Below, piece by piece: positions 1-13,100 of a stretch of 64,000 nt of DNA (position 1 is the stretch's first letter; every line of letters begins with the position of its first letter). The DNA is from the human T2T-CHM13v2.0 reference genome, Homo sapiens. The notes beneath the pieces are model-generated. The model ran no database searches and was not told the origin of the DNA. It saw only the letters and a list, made by a program, of their open reading frames with translations. The position numbers and the translations under genes were made by a program. The stretch lies in assembly GCF_009914755.1 (NCBI RefSeq), contig NC_060937.1; one strand, 5' to 3'.

Positions 1-1
1 A

Positions 2-338
<337 letters not shown>

Positions 339-431
339 CCCAAAGCAACTTCTATTTATTCTGTTAACTGTTGTGGATTCTCCTTGCCTCTGTTACTAAG
401 TCTAATAAATGCCTTAATGGTATGATTCTGA

Positions 432-1026
<595 letters not shown>

Positions 1027-2149
1027 TAACAACCATTAAACAATTTTTTTTTCATTTACTAACTAACCCTTGATATTGAAAAGTTAGGACTTCAGTAAAA
1101 ATCAAATCGGTTTTTGCATATCAACTTTTTTGTTGCTATTCACATGCTATGTCAATCTCAGTTGCAAACAGAGAGGACCAGTTGCAGACTAGAACGCATC
1201 AATTCATTTGGAAAGGAGGCTTCAAATCTAACTCTGTATTCCTTCACCAATAACCAGGCAGCTGCCTCTAACAGCTCTCGGGATTGGATCTGCTGGAAAT
1301 GCTAAACACGGGTCATAAATTCCAACTCAACAAGGATGCTGCTCAGGTATTTGGTATTTGATGATCAACAGAAATAGTTCAGAGCACCTCCCAGCAAAGT
1401 TGCATAGAGTGACAGGTGGGACTTGTTTGAGGGCGGGACCCAGAACTGCAGCCCAGGAATCTGCCTGCAGAGCTGAGCTCGGCCACAGTCTCCGCCAGAG
1501 AGGGAAGTTGCAGGTCTTTCTGGAACAGGCACAACTGGCTACAATTAGAAGTCCAAAGTGTGAACCACTCACTGCTTCTCCTTAGGAACCACCACATGCT
1601 GTGTCCGGCAGGCATTCTGAGAGCCAGAGGACGGCTGCACCCTGGGGCTGGGCACTGACACACATCACTCCACCAGGACCACTGAGGCAGCCACCGACCG
1701 ACATTCCTGTCTACAGGCTCAGATCCCCCTCAACAACGTGGCCACATCTTCTGCAAAATGCTGGCCGGGGGCATCCATGGCACAACTTTGGGAAGCTGAC
1801 TGGGCTTCCTCATCTTTAAGAAAGCAGCGGGCTGGGCTGCTCCCAGCAGCTCTGGCTCTGCTTCCGTTCATTCTCTCTGGGTCTGCCTTAGTTCCAGGGT
1901 GATTAATTCGGAAGCGGGGCAGGAGTCAAGTTGCCTCCTAGCTGTTTTGCTGACGCTCCAGCCCCATCAAGAGCCAGCTCCTCACCTTCTGTAAGGCACA
2001 GAAGGTGCCTCAAATTAAGCCAGGGGACAGTGCAGAGGGTTAAGAGGGGGCCACAAAGAGAGGCCCCATCTCCTCTTGGGCCAGGGTTCCCTGCGGAACT
2101 CCAGGGTCACCTCGCCAGCCAGAGGCAAGACAAGTGCAAAGGCAGCCAC

Positions 2150-2830
2150 AAGGCTTCCGCCAGTTAGACGGTGTTTCTGCCGCCCCTGCCGTCACCCGCT
2201 GGGTCCCGTCCCGCTCCAAGCGCACTCCCGGCCCGCAGGGTGGGAATACGAGGATTACAGTGCCCCACGGGCGGGCGGGCCAGGATCGCAACCTCGGCGG
2301 AGTCGGCGCCTCTGGGCACCTCTGGCTTCCGCGCCCCGGCCGCACGGTGACCACCCGGGAGGGGATCCCGGGCGCCCCGCAACCTCCCGGCCCCCGTGGG
2401 CCTTCGGGTCGCCCCGCTTCCCGCCGCCGCGTACCCTTCGCGCCTCCCGGCCCTCGGTGCCGGCCCCCGCCCCGCGTAGCTCCGAGTCTTTAGCCCGGCC
2501 GGCCCCCCACCCGCCGAGCGTACCCATGGCGGCGGCTCCCAGGGCTCCTGCGACCTGCCGGCGGGACGTGCTCCTGGCAGGTGCTACTCCTCCGACCTGA
2601 CGTCCAGGCCCGGCCCCGTTGCCCCAGGTACAGCCCCAGCTCTGCGAGGCGGGGCCGCCGGCTCCACCCGGGGGGCGGTGCTGCGGGGAGCAGAGGTCCG
2701 TGCTCCCGAGCCGTCGCGCGTGGACACCAGCCCCGGCCCAGGTGCGGGTGGGCCCCGACGGGAGCGCGTGGCAGGCCGGGGGAGAGCCAGTCTAAACGCG
2801 GATTCCCAGGCCCCACCCCCCGGCCAGCTG
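2150..2830. promoter_or_regulatory. SLC15A1: CpG island, TATA-less promoter and 5' UTR of SLC15A1
   Basis: Very high GC and CpG density around the ATG. GC boxes (gaggcggggc ~2646, gggggcgg ~2671) and a CRE-like TGACGTC at 2598-2604. Confidence 0.85.
2524..2527 (-). CDS. SLC15A1: SLC15A1 (PEPT1 oligopeptide transporter) exon 1 coding part (ATG G)
   Basis: The minus strand reads GAGCCGCCGCC-ATGG|GTACGC: a perfect Kozak context followed at once by a GT donor, inside a CpG island. This fits the known 4-nt coding first exon of PEPT1 (MG...) and its position ~41 kb downstream of the DOCK9 3' end. The gene name rests on synteny and recall, because no other SLC15A1 exon is in the window. Confidence 0.85.
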
Positions 2831-2930
2831 ACTCAGGAGGTCGGGGCTGGGGCCCCAGAATGTGCATTTCTAAGAAGTCTAAGGGGAGGTTGATGCTGCT
2901 GGATCCAGAACGACACTTTGGAAACCACTG
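2790..2930. mobile_element. MER5A-like hAT DNA transposon fragment
   Basis: Typical MER5A text: cccaggccccacccc...ccagaatgtgcatttctaa...gatgctgctgg...cactttggaaaccactg. Confidence 0.7.
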
Positions 2931-2987
2931 TGGGAGGAACGCACGCTTCTGGGTGGGGAGGCAAAACACGGTGGGACAGTGGTCAGC

Positions 2988-3167
2988 TGTGTGTGTGTGT
3001 GTGTGTGTGAGAGAGAATGTGTGTGTGGGTGTGAGTGAGGATTGTGTGTGAGTGTGTGTGTGTGAATGAGGATTGAGTGTGAGCATGTGTGAGAATATGT
3101 ATATAGTTTGCATGTGAGAATGTATGTGTGATGTGTGTGTGAGAGTGTGTGTGAGAGTGTGTGTGTG
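2988..3167. repeat. Compound (TG)n/(TGAG)n microsatellite
   Basis: About 180 bp of interrupted tgtgtg/gagtgt repeats. Confidence 0.95.
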
Positions 3168-3246
3168 GCTTTATTTTGAGATTCAACCTTTGAAAGCATT
3201 TCTGGGGGATTCTACATTTCCTTTCTTTAAGAATCATCCTTTCTTT

Positions 3247-4911
3247 AAGAGGACACAACCAAATGGAAGAATATTCTATGCTCATGGATAGGAGGAATCA
3301 ATATCGTGAAAATAGTCATACTGCTCAAGGTAATTTATAGATTCAATGCTATGCCCATCAAGCTACCAATGCCTTTCTTCGCAGAATTGGAAAAAACTAC
3401 TTTAAAGTTCATACGGAACCAAAAAAGAGCCCCCATAGCCAAGACAATCCTAAGCAAAAAGAACAAAGCTGGAGGCATCATGCTACCTGACTTCAAACTA
3501 TACTACAAGGCTACAGTAAGCAAAACAGCATGGCACTGGTACCAAAACAGATATATAGACCAATGGAACAGAACAGAGGCCTCAGAAATAACACCACACA
3601 TCTACAACTATCTGATCTTTGACAAACCTGACAAAAACAAGCCATGGGAAATGGATTCCCTATTTAATAAATGGTGCTGGGAAAACTGGCTAGCCATATG
3701 TAGAAAGCTGAAACTGAATCCCTTCCTTACACCTTATACAAAAATTAATTCAAGATGGATTAAAGACTTAAATGTAAGACCTAAAATCATAAAAACCCTA
3801 GAAGAAAACCTAGGCAATACCATTCAGGACATAGGCATGGGCAAGGACTTCATGTCTAAAACACCAAGAGCAATGGCAACAAAAGCCAAAATAGACAAAT
3901 GGGACCTAATTAAACTAAAAAGCTTCTGCACAGCAAAAGAAACTACCATCAGAGTGAACAGGCAACCTACAGAATGGGAGAAAATGTTTGCAATCTACCC
4001 ATCTGACAAAGGACTAATATCTAGAATCTACAAAGAACTTAAACAAATTTACAAGAAAAAAATCAAACAACCCCATCAAAAAGTGGGCAAAGGATATGAA
4101 CAGACCCTTCTCAAAAGAAGACATTTATGCAGCCAACAGACACACGAAAAAATGCTCATCATCACTGGTCATCAGAGAAATGCAAATCAAAACCACAATC
4201 AGATACCATCTCATGCCAGTTAGAATGGCGATCATTAAAAAGTCAGGAAACAACAAATGCTGGAGAGGATATGGAGGAATAGGAACACTTTTACACTGTT
4301 GGTGGGAGTGGAAATTAGTTCAACCATTGTGGAAGACAGTGTGGCAATTCCTCAAGGATCTAGAACTAGAAATACCATTTGACTCAGCGATCCCATTACT
4401 GGGTATACACCCAAAGGATTATAAATCATGCTACTATAAAGACACGTGCACACATATGTTTACTGAGGCACTATTCACAATAGCAATGTCTTGGAAACCA
4501 GCTCAAATGTCCATCAGTGATAGATCGGATTAAGAAATTGTGGCACATATACACCATGGAATACTATGCAGCCATAAAAAAGGATGAGTTCACGTGCTTT
4601 GCAGGGACATGGATGAAGCTAGAAACCATCATTCTCAGCAAACTATCACAGGGACAGAAAACCAAATACTGCATGTTCTCACTCATGGGTAGGAGTTGAA
4701 CAATAAGAACACATGGACACAGGGCGAGCAACATAACACACCAGGGCCTGTCAGGGGGTGGGGGGCTGGGGGAGGGATAGCATTGGGAGAAATACCTAAT
4801 ATAAATGATGAGTTGATGGGTGCAGCAGGCCAACATGGCATGTGTATACCTATGTAGCAAACCTGCTCGTTCTGCACATGTACCCTAGAACTTAAAGTAT
4901 AATTTACAAAA
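3247..4911 (+). mobile_element. 5'-truncated L1PA (PA6/7-like): ORF2 C-terminal fragment, 3' UTR and A tail
   Basis: ORFs 3306-4223, 4096-4533 and 4517-4699 are frameshifted L1 ORF2p ([22 protein letters not shown]...HCWWE). The L1 3' UTR G-rich tract and ctagaacttaaagtataat end are present. Candidate TSD aagaatca at 3229-3236 and 4912-4919. Confidence 0.95.
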
Positions 4912-5905
4912 AAGAATCACAAAACAAAAATAATAACACAGTGATTGTCTCCAGATTATTGTTCTGTTTTCTTGCCTGATCTCAGGAGGTTTTGCAAACA
5001 CAGAAAGGAACATTAAAAAGGGGAATGAAGGTGAGTTTCCACAGCCTTTTTGTTTTAATCATGCTGAAATACAATGTAAAACTATCTGAAGTGCACAGTT
5101 CAGTGGCATGAAGTACATTCTCATTGTTGTCCCACCATTCCCACCATCCAGCTCCAGAACTTCTTCATCTTCCCAAATGGAAACACTGGACCCATTAAGC
5201 AATACTCCCCATCCACCCTTGCCCCCAGGCCCTGACACCCACCGTTCTTCTTTTTGTCTCCATAAATCTGACAACTCTGTCGTCCAGGGAAGAAATCTCC
5301 AGTGTTTGTCCTTTTGTGTCTGGCTTCTTTCACTTTGGGTAATGCCCTCCAGGCTCATCCATGGTATGAAGTACATCAGCCTTCCTTCCTTCTGAAGTTG
5401 AGGAATATTCTGTTGTGTGTCTACAACACACTTGGTTTATCCACTCACCTGACTCTATTATCTCTTGAGTCTTAGCATTCTCCCAGCCAGCCTTTCTGGA
5501 AGACTGTGGTGCCTAGGGAGAAACAGAGACTGCTATTCCATGGAGGTGACTGAGCCTGCCCTTCCCCGGCTTTCTTCACTGCCGCTGAAGAGTAAGAAAC
5601 TCTTCAATTAGTTGCAGCATTGATACACACAAGGTAGCGGTCAATGTTACCTCCAGAAATGGGGGCTGCAAGTCACAGGACCTCATTAGGTAGAAAAATG
5701 CAGCCTCGGCTGAAGGAAAGGAAAACTTTCTCTGGAAGGTTTGGAAGCACACTCACAGTTGCTACCCTGCGAGATATCCCGGGCGTAGAAAGGTGGAGCT
5801 TGTGATGGTTTGTTTAGGTCAAAGTTTTCTCTGCAGGGTGGTATTTCTGTGGCTGAGCTCATGAACCCTGGAATCCGGACTTCTGTAAACACACTCTTGG
5901 TCTAG

Positions 5906-6040
5906 GCCAGCGGTTCTTAAACTGTGATCCCTGGACCAGCAGCATCAGCATCACCTAGGAACTTGAGAGAAATGCAGATTCTCAGGCCCCGCCCCAGAGC
6001 TACTGAATCAGAACGTCTGCAGTGGGTGCAGCAACTTCTC
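5906..6040. mobile_element. MER5-like DNA transposon fragment
   Basis: cagcggttcttaaactgtgatccctggaccagcagcatcagcatcacctaggaacttg...aaatgcagattctcaggccc. Confidence 0.75.
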
Positions 6041-6382
6041 AGTAGTTGCGAGACAAATGCTGTTTCTTCCACAGGCTTATTTAATCCTTCATTCAGGCAT
6101 TATTTATTTATCACCTCCCAGTGCCAACTACCATGCTAGTGACGGCATTGGGCAGAGTGGGTGGCCAGCGCAGAGACAGGCCTGCGCCCACAGAGCTCAC
6201 ATTCTTATCCGTTACAGCACGGCCAGAAGAGGCAAGGTACTCAAGATGGAGAAGCCTAAATGAAGAACAAAAACCAAGGGGGTCAAGGAGACAGGCTCTG
6301 CAGATCCTGAATAGCTCAGCCAATCCCTGGAGACCTGTGTCTTGCTGTGCTGCTCCCTGGCAGGCTGTGTAGGGGGTAATAG

Positions 6383-6999
6383 TGTAAACCAAAAGTAAAT
6401 TTCTAAGGCCCCCCGACCATCTGAATGGACTTCCTCCTCTGCCCGGGCACTCTTAAAATTTAACCTGAGAGACTGCTCCAGGCCATGATGGGAAGTGGGG
6501 ATTGGACGTGCCTCCTTGTACCTCTTGGGCATGGCACTAACATCAACGCAGACCTTAAGTCTAATAAAAAACATTTACAATATATTCTCTCTGAAGCCTG
6601 CTACCTGGAGGCTTCACCTGCATGATAAAACTTTGGTCTCCATCACCTCTTATTGCAACCCGGACATTTTCTGTCCATTGATCTCAGCTCTTTAGATAAA
6701 TTCAGCCAATTGTCAACCAGAAAATTTTAAATCTACCTATAATCCAAAAGCACACCTCCCCCCATCCCCTACTGCTTCAAGTTTGTCCTGCCTTTCTGGA
6801 CTGAACCAATGTACCTCTTAAATGTATTTGATTGATGTCTCATGTCTCTAAAATGTGTAACACCAAGCTACACCGGGATTACCTGGGACACATGTTCTCA
6901 GGATCTCCCAAGGGCTGTGTCAGGGGCCTTGGTCACTCACATTTGGCTCATAATAAATCTCTTCAAATATTTTACGGAGTTTGACTCTTTTCGTCAGCA
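6383..6999 (+). mobile_element. Solo LTR, MER4 family (ERV1)
   Basis: Starts tgtaaaccaaaagtaaatttctaaggcccc. Has aataaa near the end and ends gagtttgactcttttcgtcagca. The 4-bp flanks are atag and gtag. Confidence 0.8.
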
Positions 7000-7041
7000 G
7001 TAGACTCGGTTTTTATACCCTCCATATGGGCAACACAGTCT

Positions 7042-7450
7042 ATGTATTCTATTCGTTTCCTGTGGCTGCCGTAACAAACTGCCACAGACTTGGAGGCTTA
7101 TGAAAACACAAGTGTGTTCTTTCACAGTTCTGGAGGTCAGAAATCCAAAATCAAGGTATCAGCAGCATGCTCCCTCCAGAGGCTCTGGGGGGGACCCTTT
7201 CTTGTCTCTTCCAGCTTCTGGTGGCTCCATGTGACCTGGGGTTCGTGGCAGCATCACTTCCATCTCAGCCCCTGTCTCTACATGGCTTCTGCCCTGTGTC
7301 CTGTCTCCTTCTCCTCCCTTGTAAGGGAACTTGTCATTGGAGCTGGGGCCCACCCTAGTCCAGGATGAGTTCATCTCCATATCCTTCACTTGCTTCCATA
7401 TGCAAAGACCCTTTTTCCAAAAGAGGCCCGGGTTCCAGGCAGGCACCATG
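7042..7450 (-). mobile_element. MLT1 (MaLR) LTR
   Basis: ttcctgtggctgccgtaacaaactgccaca...cacagttctggaggtcagaaatccaaaatcaagg. Confidence 0.75.
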
Positions 7451-8482
7451 AGCCCACTATACTCCCCAAAGGGACCCAAGTCTGGAATTGGAGTGTACAG
7501 AATTGGCAGGCTGGTCCTGGAGACACAGAAGTGTTGCTTGGCTTCCGAGAATTTTCCTTAGGCAAATGTTGTAACAATGAGATCAGCACTCAGTGGTAGC
7601 AGTCAGGGTTGTTCAAAACTAGGCCTGTCCTTGTTTTCTTACTGACACATTTAAATGATACAAAGGTATACTAGTAATCTATTCTAGGAAGAACATGGCC
7701 TTGAAAAGGTGGCTTGCAAACTTTTTGGAGTAACAGAGCGTCATTTCCTCCAGTTCTGTTCCTCAGATTGCTTGGCTGTAAAGACCTTTTCATTCCATCT
7801 CAGAGAGAAATTGAGTAGATGTCAAATATACAGCAATTAGAGTTGCTATGGAGATGCTGATGTTTAAGGAAGGGACTTGAGGAATAAACAATAAGAGTGA
7901 ATCCCATAGCCATTATTTGAGAAGAGAGAGAGTCTGGGAAATGGAATGAGATGGTGGGGAGGAGGTAGGAGGGGAATAAACACGTGAAGTTTACCTGGAA
8001 AGTAGGAGAAGGAGGAAGACCAGTAAGCAACTCAAATTCATTCAAAGGCACTTGGGAACCAAGAGCTGGTGGACAAAATTCACATGTTGTGGCACATGAA
8101 CCCCCAAGGCCTCAGAATATTAAGGGACTAGCCCCAGGAACATGGGATTGGGGGGCTTCCAAGCCGTGATGTCCTATTTACAGCATCTAGAAGACAAAGT
8201 GATCCATAGTAAATAAGTACATTACCATGAGCACCAAACTAATCTAAATTAAAACAGACTTTCCTTGCAAATCTAATTCTCAATCTTGATTGCCTGTAGT
8301 GTCAGTAGTAATGATCAATATTGATTACACACTTGCTGTATATAGATCCTGTGATCAATCTCATTTAATTCCTTCCTCACTATAATGCTATGGGTATTAT
8401 TATCGGGGAGCATTTTTTTCTTTTTATTTATTTTTTTATTATGAAAAGTTTCAAACATACATGAAAAGGAAGAAGAGAATAT

Positions 8483-8720
8483 GGCCGGGCGTGGTGGCTC
8501 ATGCCTGTAATCTTAGCATTGGGAAGCCAAGGAAGGAGGATCATTTGAGCCCAGAAGTTTGAGACCAGCTGGGCAACTTAGGAGACCTTGTCTCTACATA
8601 AAGTACACACAAAAAGTTACTGGGCATGGTGGAGGTCAAGGCTGCCGTGAGCCGTGACTGTGCCATTGCACTCCAGCCTGGGTGACAGAGTGAGACCTCA
8701 TCTCTAAAAGAAAAAATACA
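8483..8720 (+). mobile_element. AluJ-like, internally deleted
   Basis: Alu left arm, shortened right arm and A-rich tail. Confidence 0.85.
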
Positions 8721-9001
8721 AAAAGAAATACAGACACAAATGTCCTATTTATTCACTTCAGGTTTAATTATACAATACCAGAACATATCTGACAACCTGC
8801 TTTAGTCAAGTCCTATACATTTAAAATACTATAGGTGATGGAGTTGGCAGTTATTTTGAATAAATATACATCTTGACACCTTATTACTTATGCACAATTA
8901 CTCTATGTTTATCTTCTAGAATTACAAGACATGATCTCTCCAAATGCCACAGCTGACAAAGATTTTAGAAAATTCAGGTATTTCTATAACACACTGCTTA
9001 A

Positions 9002-9363
<362 letters not shown>

Positions 9364-9452
9364 ATCTTTCAAATATTCTACCACTCATATGTATATTAAA
9401 TAACTGGCAAAAATCATGAGTTTTTTTTTGTTTTTTTTTTTTTTGAGAAAAG

Positions 9453-9786
9453 GTGTTCGTTTTCTACTGGTACTGGAATAAATTATCACAAACTTAGTGG
9501 CTAAGACAACACAACTTGCTGACAGTTCTGGAAGGCAGAAGTCCAGAAAGGGTCTTACGGGGCTAAACTCATGGTGTTGGCAATCTGCGTCCTTTCTGGA
9601 GGCCCTGGGTAGAACTATTGCCTGGTCTTCTCCAGCTTCTAGAGGCCGCCGGCATGCCTGATTGTGTAGCCTTCTCCTCCATCTTCAAAGCCAGCAGCAT
9701 AGAATTTTCCAACATCTTCCTTGCTCTCTGCTTCTTTCGCCATCGCATCTTCCTCTCTGATCCTGACTTTCCTACCTCCCTGTCAA
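9453..9786 (-). mobile_element. MLT1 fragment interrupted by the HERV3 provirus
   Basis: aaattatcacaaacttagtggctaagacaacac...cagttctgga...cttctccagcttctagagg. It stops abruptly at the LTR start. Confidence 0.7.
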
Positions 9787-10647
9787 TGAGGCAGAAATTT
9801 AAAGAAAAATAAATACTGCATTTATTCACTCCAAGGAAAGTAAGGGTTAAGTGAAAAACACAAGTTTTCCTCTACTGCAGGCAAGGCTATAGACAGGTCG
9901 TGGTGACCCGGCCTGCAGAAATGAGCTCCACAAACCCCCAAAGCAAGGTTAAGAGAAGAACAACAACGCCGGGTGCAGTGGCTCATGCCTATAATCCCAG
10001 CACTTTGGGAGGCCGACGTGGGCGGATCACGAGGTCAGGAGATCGAGACCATCCTGGCTAACACGGTGAAACCCCACCTCTACTAAAAATACAAAAAAAT
10101 TAGCTGGGCGTGGTGGCGGGCACCTGTAGTCCCAGCTACTCAGGAGGCTGAGGCAGGAGAATGGCGTGAACCCAGGAGGCAGAGCTTGCAGTGAGCCGAG
10201 ATTGCACCACTGCACTCCAGCCTGGGTGACAGGGTGAGACTCCAACTCAAAAAAAAAAAAAAAAAGAACAACAACAAATTCCTTTACTTTCTCTCCTGTA
10301 CTGAACTATTAGTTATGACTATGTTTGCCAATGCTTGTATTTAGTAAGATTTGCAAAGTTCCTGTTTGTTTGTTTGGTTGGTTTTTTTGACACAGCTGCA
10401 AGGCCACTAGGTATGTAAGGCCATAAGTTATGCCAAGTTAGCAGTTATGCTATAGATTATGTGACCTGTCAATGTAAAATGTACTGTCTTTGTTTTGCTC
10501 TTGTATGCTAGCCTATTCAAGCTAAACTCTGTCTTTGTTCAATGCTCAGCTTTTTAGATGTGAATCCACTGAGCCAGTGTGTACCTTAAAATAAACATCC
10601 TCCTGTTTTCCCATATTGGTCTCTCTAGTCCTCAGTTTATCACAACA
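9787..10647 (+). mobile_element. 5' LTR of the HERV3-type provirus (LTR4-like)
   Basis: Begins tgaggcagaaatttaaag. Has aataaa at ~10590 and ends ...cacaaca directly before the PBS. The subfamily name is from recall. Confidence 0.8.
9968..10263 (+). mobile_element. AluY inserted in the LTR
   Basis: AluY diagnostics (gatcacgaggtcaggagatcgagaccatcctggctaacacg; gaatggcgtgaacc; gagcttgcagtgag). TSD aagaacaacaac at 9956-9967 and 10264-10275. Confidence 0.95.
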
Positions 10648-10650
10648 TTT

Positions 10651-10668
10651 TGGTGAGCCAGCCAGGAG
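10651..10668 (+). other. Primer-binding site for tRNA-Arg
   Basis: TGGTGAGCCAGCCAGGAG is complementary to the 3' 18 nt of tRNA-Arg(ACG) (CTCCTGGCTGGCTCGCCA), with one CpG-type transition. Confidence 0.9.
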
Positions 10669-11422
10669 TGGAGATGGCAGGTTTGCTGTCTCCTTTGCCA
10701 GTGGGGCTGAAGCCCTGGGTCAAGGGAAACTTGTGACCCCAGGCACTGCCAGGAGAACTTCAGCCTGGAGGGGAAATCAGCTCTTCTGTGACCAGGCATC
10801 CCCACCCAGCAGTGCAATGGAACCTGAGAGGGGCTACCAGATGATTACTAGGAACAGTGTGCTACTGGACCGCGGTAAGGTTTTGGGGCCCAAGGCAGGA
10901 CCCTTCCCATAAGGACAGAAGGGGAGCCTGATCACCTCCCATGGTGTAACTAGTAGTCTGACCCAGAGAGGTTGGGGGCAGCAAGAGTGGCTCGCCAATT
11001 CGGATGAAACTCACACCCCAACCAACATAGGATGCAAGAGTGGCTCGCCAAGTCAGTTAGGAAAAGAAAACTGGAGGTGGCGAGAGTGGCTCACCACCAC
11101 AGTTAGGGACACAGGAACTGGGAGTGGGGAGGTGTGTGTGTGTGTGAAAGAGATTGTTCCGGGAGGAACCAATGTGGGGAGTGACGTGGGGAGTCGTAGA
11201 TCTCTTAGCATGGACAGTGTGCTCCGAGCAAAGTGTGGGGCCGACCTGGACTAGTGGCAAACCGCATACAGCTAATAGGAGCTGCCCCACAGCTCAGAAT
11301 TGTGGTGGGAATAAAGACCTCTCCAAAGCTAAGCAGCGTCTGAAAACTCCCATAATAGGAAATGGTCTGGTCAGTCCATAACAAAAGGAAGAGTGAGTGA
11401 GCTGTGCCATAAGAGGAGGAAA

Positions 11423-13100
11423 ACGGGAGGACAGTCATCAAAACCTACCCCGTTAGAGTGCATGTTACAGAACTTTAAGAAAGGTTATGCAGGGGATTAT
11501 AGAGTTAAGCTAACTGCCCAGAGGTTGAGAACTCTCTGTGAATTAGAATGGCCTTCTTTGGTGTTGGATGGTCAACCGAAGGAATTATAGACAGGGAAAT
11601 AATTGGCCATGTATTTAAGGTGGTGACAGGGGTCAGAGGACAGCCTGGGCATCCAGATCAATTTCGTTATATTGACTCATGGTTAATATAGCACAGACAA
11701 GACCGGCATGGATCCAGCCCTGTTTAGCAGCTTATTGCAAAACACTTGTGGCCCGAACTGAGCCAAAAATGAAAGTAAGAGCAGCTTCTCTGGCAGACAC
11801 AGAGTTAAAGGGAAAGTCCCAGAGGGAGCAAGAAAGGCCAGTCTTATAGGAGCCACGAGAGGGAGAAGAGATTCCTCCTCCATATGTCCCAGCCTACCCC
11901 CCTTTACCAAGGCCAACAGCCCCCAAGGAACTAAATTCAGGAGCTAGCACGCCCCAAGTCTCAACCCAAAGGTAAGGATCGGAGCCTCAAGAGGCCAGGG
12001 AAGGAAATTAAGATAGTCAAGGAGGCCGTCTCAGATCTGGCTGTGCTCGAGCTATGCAAATGCCTCTCAGGGAGGCGCGAGGACTCATTTATTATGATGA
12101 CCAAGGCCAAGTCCAGGGGGCGGGCAACCGACTTTCATCTATCAGCCCTTTACAACCACTGATCTCTTAAACTGGAAACACCATACTCCCTCCTATATGG
12201 AGAAGCCTCAAGCTCTTATAGATTTGATGCACTCCATCTTTCTGACACACAATCCAACCTGGCCAGACTGCAGGCAGCTTCTTCTCACATTGTTTAACAC
12301 TGAGGAGCGTCAGAGAGTAACACAGGCAGCTCTCCACTGGCTAGAAGCCCGCGCACCGGCAGACGCAGTGAATGCTCAGGCATATGCCCAGACCAAGATC
12401 CCAACTAGGACCTGGAAGATGCAACCCAGCTTCAGCGTTTGCAGAGGTACCGAGAGGCACTTCTGCAAGGGCTAAGTGATGGTAGAGAAAAGGCAATCAA
12501 TATAAGAAAGATCTCAGAGGTGCTTCAGGGAAGTGATGAGAGCCCTAGCCAGTTTTATGAAAGACTCTGTGAGGCATACCAGCTTTTCACCCGTTTGACC
12601 CTGAGGCTGCTGAAAATCAGCGTATGGTAAATACATCATTTGTAGAACAGGCCTAGGGTGATACTAAGCAAAAGCTTCAGAAACTTGAAGGTTTCACAGG
12701 CATGAACACCACTCAGCTTATAGAAGTAGCCACTAAGGTGTATGTTAACCGTGACCAGGAGGCAAAGAAGGAAGCAGAATGGAGGCTTAAAAAGAAGGCT
12801 GATCTGTTAGCGGTAGCCCTCATACAAAGAGACACTAGCAATGTGAGAGGACATAGACACGGACATGGATGTGGAAGAGGTCAAGTTAGACAGGGATTCG
12901 AGAGCTGACCAAGATTAGAGAAGGATCAATGTGCACAATGTAAAAAGAAGAGACACTGGAAAGATGAATGTCCAGAAGGCAATGAGGGAAATGGCCAAGG
13001 CCGCAAAACAAAGAGGTCAACAACCAGGGGCTGCTGCGCCCTAGGAGAACCAGATACTGATCTAATCGGGCTGGCAAGGGCTGAAGGATATGAAGACTAG
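11423..13100 (+). pseudogene. ERV gag, disrupted
   Basis: The start is mutated to ACG before GGQSSKPTPLECML. PPPY late domain at 11873-11884, major homology region QGSDESPSQFYERL, CX2CX4HX4C knuckle (CAQCKKKRHWKDEC, ~12930), and TAG-G at the gag/pro junction. Confidence 0.88.

Noticed and set aside
1931-3285. Several 100-207 aa ORFs over the CpG island and TG tract
   Set aside because: GC-rich, stop-poor sequence and microsatellite translation (HTHT runs), with no protein-like composition. The real coding content is the 4-nt exon.
3306-4699. 305-aa ORF and its neighbours as a gene
   Set aside because: Frameshifted C-terminal fragments of L1 ORF2 in a 5'-truncated copy with no promoter.
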